Below, in pieces: positions 54,231 to 64,000 of a stretch of 64,000 nucleotides of DNA. The stretch lies in the NCBI RefSeq assembly GCF_008831285.2, contig NC_045138.2:23126001-23190000 (forward strand), written 5' to 3'. The notes below the pieces were generated by a model that ran no database searches, was not told the origin of the DNA, and saw nothing but the letters and a program-made list of their open reading frames with translations. Made by a program: the position numbers and the translations under genes. The number at the start of each line of letters is the position of its first letter. Positions within the stretch are counted from its first letter, which is position 1. Source of the DNA: Nymphaea colorata. Its lineage: Eukaryota.

Positions 54231-55604
54231 AAGACAAAAAAATGAAAAGGTTTTTTTGCTGCTTAAAGGAATATATTAGTCATAACGACATGTACATACC
54301 GACTAACAAATTTCACCTTTATTGAATCCCCAAATCTTGTTTTTGCGGTCTTCTTTTTTGTTCCTACAAAAAGTTTTTTTTGTATTAATCATAAATAATT
54401 TTTCTCATTATTAAAATGACTCATGAAATTTTCGTACACGAGGATGGCTTATATAACCAGCTTGGGAATTATCAACCTATTAAGGTGCACTATAACATTT
54501 GAATAAATATTGGAAGAAAAAAGACTATTTTTTTGCAGCATTATTATATCCCATGGCCAACTAAGAATGCCCAAACAAAGTATTTGCTATAAATTCTTCG
54601 TTTGATTTTATTGTACCTCAATTTTTTGTATATTTACTCTTCTTATTTTGTGTTCCTCTCCCATATGACACTACAATCATAATTCCTTATATTTAAGTCA
54701 TTTGCAGATGAACACACATAAAATTCTTTTCAGTTCCATATGGTATCAAATTTCAAATGGTGAATCCTGCACGCGTCATATTTCTCAAGTAGACATGAAT
54801 GACTAAGGGAGTGGCACCATTGCCACAAATGACAAAGTATACATCATGAATTTCACTTTAATTCATCCAATTAGTTCACTTTGTTCCCATCATTTATGTC
54901 TCTTTCACAAACTCAACGGCATTAAGCATGAAAATTTTAAGACAAGCATGATCTTCGCACTCTGACATAAAGAACGGTCTTTATTAATGATGATTGCGTG
55001 AGCAAACTTGAGTACCTAATATGGGGTACTGTAGATAAGATATAATAAAATGATTATATCTTTGGTTACCCTTTAATTTCGCATGACTGATAGTGTGATC
55101 AAGGCACCTCTGACGTTACAAGTTTGAAGGATCCATAAGAAAATTCATTTGTGGGGTGATTAATAGCATAAAATATTTTCATTAATTGAAACACTTTACA
55201 TTGCACAAAGAAACATAATTATCCAGTCAAAACTCTCGACTCCTACTGAAAACTCGAAAAAGGCCATAGAAGTTCTAACAATATCTCCCACCCTTTTCTA
55301 TGTTTGATTTAATGTTTCACCACGACATTTTTCATGTCAACTCTGGCGCTAAAATACTGTGAATAAACGGCAGACCTGGCACTCGTTTACACCAGAGCAT
55401 GCGCTAGAGCTTGAACCCATGCTTCTCGTTTATATGGCCAGAAGACAAAAGGTCAGTGCTACGACGGTCGAGCATTTTTTATATATCTGTAGCAGTGATA
55501 CAATTTCTGTGTCACAGTTGCTAGATCAGCCTTGAACAGGTAACAAAGTTTATCGTATGAATAGAAAGCCGTGTGGGGGTTACTGTTTAAACTTTAGAAT
55601 ACCT

Positions 55605-55685
55605 ATAACATGTCCCTGATAAATTTGGATTTCGTCCTTGATCAATAACATGTCCCTGATAAATTTGGATTGCATCCTTGATCAA
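55605..55685 (+). repeat. 40-bp tandem duplication
   Basis: ATAACATGTCCCTGATAAATTTGGATT...TCCTTGATCA at 55605 and 55645. Confidence 0.9.
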
Positions 55686-58680
55686 CCTTCATCAATTCTT
55701 GTATATGCTTTGGTGTTTCAGCTGCAGAGAAAGGAAAAGGATTACTTTTAGTGTCTAGATCCAAGGAAAAAGAATCAAGAAAAGGAAGCTTCTTTTCAGT
55801 ACTGTAGTCATGCAAAGGACTAGAGACTGGAAAAAATTGTGCTCATAAACATAACAAAGCCCTGAATATGAAAAGCACATATGAATGACAGATTCCATTT
55901 CGGTTAAATCATTAGTTTGTTCAACTTCAAAAAAAAAAGAAAAAGAAAAAAGAAAACCCAAACGGCCACTCCTATTGGGCAACAACTGAACCAGAAGAAT
56001 AGAACAGTCACAATGACATTGTAAATAACAATCATGCCCTGACTATAGAATCATCTCAAGCATGCAAGAAGACATTTTTGAATAATACAACCATTGTTGC
56101 AAACCAATTTCAAATGGAGTTTAGCATAGTGAAAAAACATGTAACTGAAGATGTTGAATAATGACATTATGAGCCTTAAACAACAAAAACACATTTCAAT
56201 TTTATGAATGTTGCTTCTCATAAGTCGCCCTACAATGAATTTTCAAATATTTTGATTCTTCAAATGACTCGTTGCTCATAGGTGCAGTTTTCACACTCAT
56301 ATAAAACAGAAAAAAGACGCCACAAGTTAACTTCACATTATTAGGTTTAGGAAAAAAAGGATCAAAAGCTCTAAACTGACGCAAAGGAGATATACATAGA
56401 CTCAAACGAACAATCACAATAAGAAATAAAAAAAAATGTTACAAAAAGAGCTCTGGCATACGAAGGAAGAAAAAATGTGAGATCCAAGAGCAGAGCCAAA
56501 ACATGGTCTGACAAGGAACATATTGATCTGCAGATGCATAAACTAGTAAAGATGGAAAAGACTAAACAGTTTATGCCATAGTAGCTGCATCCACCTGCTT
56601 AAGTGGGTGGACTTGATGCTTCCAAGTAGAAGATGAGAACTTCGATATGCTGAACGTTCTTCAGAAAAAGATGTAAAGAAAGCTGGATTCTACAAAAACC
56701 ACACAATCAGAACATGAGAGGTGATCAAAAGGTAAAGCATGACTGATTATGCAGGGAACACCTAACATTGCTCGAACAATTCCAAGCTAATCCACTTTCT
56801 ATCAATTCCTAGCGCAGATGCGTTCACCTTTGTTTGGACAAACATCTCTCAACAAGAGATTTCACAAGTACTGAGTTCCAATGTTAGGTTGAAAACATAC
56901 AATTTAGAGGCAGATAAGATGCCTAGGTGTCTAGGTTGCTGCAAGCCTAGGTGGTGCCTATGATGGTTCAGGCTGTTGGTTGGGTCGTGGGTTGATGGTA
57001 GTCAGGCGGGTCATCTAGTTTTGATGGTCTAGGTTCATGAGAAAAGGCTGTCATACATTGATGTTGGTAGGACTATGACTGTTGTCCATTTCTAATCCTT
57101 GGAAGCCAAATTTTCTCTCATCAAAGAAAAAAATGTCAATTAATATCAATCTTCTGCTCTTTGGGTTCAAAGCACATATAACCCTTGTGTTTGACACCAT
57201 ATCCAATTAAAACACACGCCTTAGTCTTGGGCTCCAACTTGTCTCGAGTATAGGCTGTTAACACAGGGTAACACGTTGCACCAAAAATTTGAAACAAGGA
57301 GTAGTCCAGTCTATGTTTGAACAAGAACTCATATGGTGTCTATTGGCTGCCATGTTTTTTGGGGAGTCTGTTTATGATAAATACTGCTGTTCGAAAAGCA
57401 TCTACCTAAAAACGAGATGGCATCTTGGACCAGTTAAGCATACAAAGTCTCATTTCTACAACATGTCTGTGTTTTCTTTTAACTAACTTGTTTTGTTCAG
57501 GTGTATATGGGCAGGAAAATCGATGGAAGACGCTATGCTCGGTTAAAAAAGTTTCAAGTTGAGTGCTAATGAATTATCCTCCATTATCTGATTGGAGAAT
57601 CTTAATTTTTTCTTGCAGTTGATTCTCAATAATATATTTGAAATCAACAAACATTTTGAACACATGTGACTTGTGCTTGAGGGGAAACAACTAGACAAAG
57701 TGAGAGTAATCATCTACTAAAAGCAAATAATAACTGAAATTTTCTCTTGACTCACATGGAGATGGACCCCAGACGTCAGAATGAATGAGCTCTAGAGGAT
57801 GAGTCGTTTTGTGCATGGCTGGTTTGAAAGGCAGTTTGTGAGCTTTTCCAATAAGACATTCTTCATAGACTCCAACTTCTTTATTTGAGAACTAAATAAA
57901 ACCTTTCGACGGAGAATTCCTATCGTTTTTTTATTTGTGTGTCCTAGCCATTGGTGCCATGTGTCAAACGATGTAGGATGTTGGCTTCCATCTGCTAGTA
58001 ACACTTCCTGTCTTTGTGGCTTAATCTCATACAGGCCTGCTCGTGTCCTCGACCCTTGAACCAGAACCTCGCCTGTCCGAAGATCCTTCACATAGAATCC
58101 AAAGGGAGTGAACTCAAAAGCACAATTGTTTTCTCATGTAAATGAACTAACTACTAGTAAGTTTTTGGTAATATGAGGTGCATGGAGAACTCGACGAAGT
58201 TTAAGATCTCTACCGTTAGATTGGATCACCATATTCCCAACATAAGAGATTGGAATGGAAGAACCATTGCCTACAATTATACCTTCACCTCTTTGGCAGA
58301 CTTGTTTTTCGGTCATCTGGGAGCCATCCATGGTGACATGATTTGTTGCTCAGGTGTCAGGATACCATGCTTCGTCTTTGGCTTTTTCAAACATCATGGC
58401 GGAAAACACTTTAGGAATATCCCAACAATTTCTTGCAGTGTGTCATTTTCTTCCACAGTATTGACATTCAACACTTGACTTTGTGTTGTTTTGTCCACCA
58501 TTATTGTCAGCATTAGGAGGATAAAATTGGACTGATCATCCTTGTTTTTGGAAGAGATCAACATTCGGAGGATGTACCGATCGTCTTTGGTTTTGGAATG
58601 ACATCCTCTTCTTCCACGATAAATACTTCTCCCACATCCCCTATAGGTCATAAATGCAACATGTATATTTTCAGATGTAG

Positions 58681-59818
58681 TAGATACAAACCTTTTTGAC
58701 TTGAGAATATGAATTCTCTTTTCTTGGTTGAGCAGCAAGTCGTATAAACCATTGAAAGTGAGCTTGTCAATGGTTGGCACTGGTGGTTACAGACGTGACA
58801 AAGCTCTCATATTCTTCTGAAAACTCATTCAACATAATCTGGATTAAATCTAGTGTCGAGATCGGATGACCAGTAGTGGCAAGAGTATTGGCGAGAGATT
58901 TCACATGATCAAAGTGGGAAACCATGTCACCACCGTCCTTTTTTATAAAGTTTGGCTTCTTCTTTAGCATCATGATACAGAGAGGAATGTGCGTATCATA
59001 AGATCTATTCAATTCAACCCAAGCTTCGTGAGCAGTCTCAACATGAAGAATTTGTCCAAGCACCTGTTCGGAAACTGTCGCCATTATCTAGCTCAAAGCT
59101 AGCTAATCAGAGCAATGCAAAGATTCGTACACTAGATTTTCTTCGATTCGATTTGCTGCTTCTATGTATTGCGATGGAGCAAGCAGTGATCCATCGACGT
59201 ATTTCATGAATCCTTGGGAGAGCATTACCGTTTGGATTTGACCTCGCCATAGATACAAACCTTTTTGACTTGAGAATATGAATTCTCTTTTCTTGGTTGA
59301 GCAGCAAGTCGTATAAACCATTGAAAGTGAGCTTGTCAATGGTTGGCACTGGTGGTTACAGACGTGACAAAGCTCTCATATTCTTCTGAAAACTCATTCA
59401 ACATAATCTGGATTAAATCTAGTGTCGAGATCGGATGACCAGTAGTGGCAAGAGTATTGGCGAGAGATTTCACATGATCAAAGTGGGAAACCATGTCACC
59501 ACCGTCCTTTTTTATAAAGTTTGGCTTCTTCTTTAGCATCATGATACAGAGAGGAATGTGCGTATCATAAGATCTATTCAATTCAACCCAAGCTTCGTGA
59601 GCAGTCTCAACATGAAGAATTTGTCCAAGCACCTGTTCGGAAACTGTCGCCATTATCTAGCTCAAAGCTAGCTAATCAGAGCAATGCAAAGATTCGTACA
59701 CTAGATTTTCTTCGATTCGATTTGCTGCTTCTATGTATTGCGATGGAGCAAGCAGTGATCCATCGACGTATTTCATGAATCCTTGGGAGAGCATTACCGT
59801 TTGGATTTGACCTCGCCA
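58681..59818. repeat. 569-bp tandem duplication inside copia gag
   Basis: 58681-59249 equals 59250-59818. ORFs 58767-59084 and 59336-59653 are identical with a 569-bp offset. Confidence 0.95.
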
Positions 59819-60946
59819 GAGAAGATAGTTGCCTTTGTTCAGCTTGATAGACACTAAGCTGGGGGCAATTGGTGACACCATAAATGAGTGATAAAAAGAA
59901 GTAGGTAATACACAGCAAGGTGGAAATTGTTGTTCGACGTCTGAGTCAAACTCCTCTATTTCAGATGATGAAGGCTGGACCGCATGTGAGTTTTCCACTC
60001 GCAGGGAGTCACAGAGCCTATGTTCTGCTGCTGGTCGACAGTAGAATGCATTCTTAGGCTTCTGTGACACAAGAAAACTAGTTGCTAAAGAAAAATCTGT
60101 ATCTCCTCAACGCATGCTCTAATAAATATGAAATTTTATAGGAAGAATCCTTAGATGTAGATGATTCCAAAGAACCCTTGCTTGACCCCTCTTGTCGCCG
60201 AAACTGACAACGCCGGTCGATTTTGTGACAGGTTCTCAGACGGTATTCAAGGGTCAGAGCCACAGGCAAGCTTCCATTGACAGGGTTCCCTTCAAAAATT
60301 CATATCTCCTCACAAGCAGCGTCAAAAATTCTGAAAACTAGTATGCAAATTCCTGAGAAGAAGACGATTCCAACGAGCTATTACACGGCCCCTGGCATCG
60401 TCGGTTCTGGCAGCGCCAGCTGAAATCGTGACAGGGATTTCTGGCGAAAAAATCGCTCGATCACCCGACAGATTGCAAATCTGTAGAAATCGACTCAAAT
60501 CTCACACCAAGTTAGCAGATGAATGATTTCCAGACACCTAGAAATCGGATGAGCTCTTGCTCGACGGATAGTGTGGCAGGAAAGAGATGCGATAGTGATC
60601 CTCTGTTGTCTGTTGTAGAACCTCTAGAACAGCAAGCAGACCTTCAAACCTTAGGTGTTCCTCGAGCAACCTTCAAAAATTCTGAAATTGGGCAAGAATG
60701 ATTTTTAGATACCTGGAAATCAGATGAGCTCTTTCTCAATGGCTCCTGTGGCTGGATTTGATCACACCGGTAAATTAAAGAGTCATTGGACAGTCGATAT
60801 TTCCTCTATTCACCGATTTTGGACACTTCTCGGGCATACACCAGATTTCAAACGTGAACTAGATAAAATCAAAGAGGAATTGTAGAGAGAAGGGAGAAAC
60901 CAATGGTTTTTTCTCAGGCCCTTTTAGAGAAAAGGCTTTGATACCA

Positions 60947-61260
60947 TATTAGAAAACAAGATAACGAAGAGAATAAGATCTTCCTCCACACCCTTGAACG
61001 TGTGGGGTTCAACTCAATTTATATTGACATTCATTTGTATGTTACAATTGTAGGTTATGGTAACAATGATATACACTTAAGAATACAGTTATGGAAATGA
61101 TTCAATCTGGAAGGATTATCACGTAACTACAGGTGTTGTATCCATATGATCAAGTCTTGATGAGGTTGGCTATCGATTTGGATCTGCCATTTGACTTGCA
61201 ACAGCTGGACAACAATTCTTGACATAGTTAGTGTCAACAGTTGGACAATTAGCCTTAACA
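60947..61260 (-). repeat. Copia 5' LTR (314 bp)
   Basis: Bounded by TGTTAA at the 5' end and directly adjacent to the tRNA-Met PBS at the 3' end. The terminal CA is mutated to TA. Confidence 0.8.
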
Positions 61261-61338
61261 ACCTGGTGTTGACTACAAAGAACATGATATACTACAATTC
61301 TCCAATGCTCTTGTGAAGGAATTTGAACTCTTGCTATA

Positions 61339-62305
61339 CTTGATCATTCCTTATTCATATATCATGGGGGTGAAGTTACCACTTGGCTACTCATATATGT
61401 AGATGACATAGTTCTTACTAGAAATTCTTCATGTCATATATCTTATGTTAAGGAGGTATTGAAACAAGAATTCAAGATGAAGGATCTTGGCGAACTACGG
61501 TATTTCTTGGGTGTTGAGCTTGACAGAAAAGGTGACGCATTAACTCTTACCCAACATAAATATACTCTTGATATTCTGGATAGAGCAGGTATGACAAATT
61601 GCAAGCCTATGAATACTCCTAGTGTTCTCAACACAAAACTGAACACCTCTGATGAGAGTGATGCATACTTAAATCCTAGTTTCTATCGGAGTATAGTTGG
61701 CATGCTGCAATATCTTACTTTTACACGTCCAGACATAATGTATGCAGTGAATCATGTATCTCAATTTATGTATGCCCCCACAAAAGGGCATATGGATGCT
61801 ACCGAACGCATTTTGCGTTACCTAAGGCTACTTTTGGGGATGGACTCGTTTATACAAGACAGTCAACTATTTTGAATGGACATAACATTTCCACCTACAC
61901 TGATGCAGATTAGGCAGGTGATTCAGACGATTGACGATCAGTTTCAGGTTATTGTCTCTTTCTTGATTCCAATCTTATTTGTTAGAGTAGCATGAAACAG
62001 TGTGTGGTTGTCAGATCTAGCATTGAGGCAGAATATAGGGCAATGGCTACAGACACAGTTGAAGCTTCATGGTTACATCATCTACTTGGGGAACTCTCCC
62101 TTCTCATTGCTCAGTCATCTTTATTCTGTGACAACCAAAGTGCGATCAAGATTGCTTTCAATCATGTTCTACATAATCGCACTAAGCATATAGAGATTGA
62201 TCAATACTTTATTCGTCAAAAGGTCAGAGTAAGCCGAGATATTCCCTACTTATATAGTCACATCTCAACAAGTAGGTGATCTTTTTACCAAGGGGCTCAC
62301 TGACA
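61339..62305 (+). mobile_element. Copia RT + RNase H fragment (opposite strand to the adjacent element)
   Basis: LLIYVDDIVL, EFKMKDLGELRYFLGVE, YRSIVGMLQYLTFTRPDI, YTDAD*AG, VVRSSIEAEYRAMA, CDNQSAI and HNRTKHIEID. Confidence 0.93.
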
Positions 62306-62434
62306 GCCTGGTGTTGACTACAAAGAACATGATATACTACGATTCTCCAATGCTCTTGTGAAACAATTTGAACTCTTGCTATATAGCAAGAGTTGAATGT
62401 TATGTTATATACTTATATAAGGAATTACTAAAAT

Positions 62435-62896
62435 CAGTGTTGTACGTATCGTACACTATGCATCGTCGCATTTCAAAAGTACGATACAATACACCACCTG
62501 TATTGTAAACAGGTGGTATATCGTACCTGTGTTGCACATATCTTACAATACAATTATGATACAAATACGACATGTTATGATATAGTTATGATACATTACG
62601 ATATGTTATGTTCCTTGTTGTGCTTTCTAGATTGATATTGACATATTGTTATGAATTTTGATGTTTATGAATGATGAAGTAATAAACTGTAACTTTATAG
62701 CAAGAATAAGTCTATCATTTTGTAAAACATGTTTTTTTATGAAGAACATATTATTTTTTATTTTTATTGATTTTTACTGATTTTTTTATTTTTTCTAATT
62801 ATTTTTTTAAAATACGATGCAGTTACGATATTTTACGATACAACGTATCATAAAGCTAGACTGATACGGCTTACAATACATTTTTTTATAATATTG
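62435..62896. mobile_element. hAT-like MITE with GATAC/GTATC subterminal repeats
   Basis: Termini CAGTGTTGTA / TATAATATTG. Candidate TSD ACTAAAAT / ACAAAAAC (2 mismatches). Many CGATAC/GTATCG motifs. Confidence 0.65.
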
Positions 62897-64000
62897 ACAA
62901 AAACTACTACATATAGACAGGAATGCAAGATGCATTGTTCAAATTGCTGGCCCCAAAATGGTCCCTGTTATCCTGAAAATTTAAGTCACAATAGTTGATG
63001 AAATATATTTTTCACTGTTAAAATGTTGCTCCACACTCTTTACTGGCAACAAAGCGTTAGCACAAAATCACAATGCCAGTGGACAATGATGATGATGATT
63101 CTAAAATGTACAGAAGGTAGTGAATGTTGAAGGCAAATTATCCTGGAACACCTTGATGGAGTAGGTATTATTGAGGTATGATATATGTGTAGCATACTTC
63201 AGGTTAAATGAGAATAGACGAAGATATACATGAGAAAGCTTGCCTAGCTATTAGAACAGGGGAACCAAGGTGAAGCATCTTCCTACGCCCAGGTAGTTCA
63301 CCTATTATACCTGCCAGAATGCAAAAATGTAGATAACCAGCCGATAGATCTGCTAATAGACATTACTAATGGCATGATCGAAGCCGCTACCACGTTAGAT
63401 CTTCTAATAGATATTCTTAGTGAAGGGACCGGCATGATCAAAGCCACTAGCACCGTGTTTATATTTCTCCTATTTTTCAACAGAGATGCAGCTTGTTGAC
63501 TGGTGTTTCTCCATCTCTCTGCAACTTAAATTGAGTTCAACTATAGTCACAAAACACATTGTTTTTTTTTTAAAAAAAAGATAGATATGTCAGCCATTTA
63601 AAATTAAAAAAATGCTTTTTAAAAAAACACCAAAATGAAAAAAACACAAATGAAACACGTTTTTTTCCCTTTTCTCACTTTATTCATTTTTTTTCACTTT
63701 TTTTAATGCCAAATTGCTTGTTTTCAATTTCTAATTTTTATTTGTTGCAATTCTACTTTTTTTTATATTTCATTTTTTTCACTTTTTTAATGCCAAACTA
63801 CTTGTTTTCAATTTCTAATCTTTATTTGTTACAAATGTACTTATTTTTTTATGTTTGTGTTGTTAGTTTCTCACTTATTTTTTTCTCTCTATTTTTTATT
63901 TTTTATTTAAAAAAATCTTATTTTTTACATTTTTTTATTTTTTTTCAAGCTCGCGGTGTTATACCTGACATAAATTAACACCTGAAAAAGTTTTTAGTGA

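Larger units (their letters stand above)
56900..61260 (-). mobile_element. Decayed Ty1/copia retrotransposon: 5' LTR, PBS, gag, protease, integrase; 3' half missing in this orientation
   Basis: LTR 61260-60947 starts TGTTAAGG on the - strand. PBS TGGTATCAAAGCC at 60946-60934. gag SIKLNKGNYLLWRGQ, protease WYPDT*ATNHVT, WHQWLGH, integrase LIHSDVWGP..LVDDYS..KILQSDNGG, and SH3-like FGATCYP...KLEPKTKACVLIGY...KGY. Many stops. Confidence 0.92.

Noticed and set aside
55370..55470. tRNA or SINE (B-box-like GGTTCAAGC on the - strand)
   Set aside because: No cloverleaf, A-box or TSD could be supported.

Overview
Plant (angiosperm) nuclear DNA, heterochromatin-like. I found no intact protein-coding gene. 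The window is a mosaic of: (i) decayed retroelements (two Ty1/copia bodies, copia RT/RNase H remnants, a Tat/Ogre-type gypsy 3' end plus LTR present twice, L1 LINE scraps); (ii) several hAT-type non-autonomous elements/MITEs, four with readable 8-bp TSDs; (iii) an ~8.7-kb segmental duplication (7519-16280 vs 26324-34917) with an internal inversion; (iv) genomic, splice-site-bearing fragments of five unrelated host genes (KUP/HAK K+ transporter, KAPP phosphatase, callose synthase, PATROL1, JMJ21); (v) a plastid 16S rRNA fragment (NUPT) split by a MITE; and (vi) two compositionally anomalous TA/purine-pyrimidine-rich tracts that abruptly truncate their neighbours. All homology calls come from translating by eye and recalling family motifs, not from database searches. 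The best candidates for new biology are the multi-gene capture mosaic and the anomalous tracts. Both have mundane alternatives (pericentromeric decay, assembly artefact).
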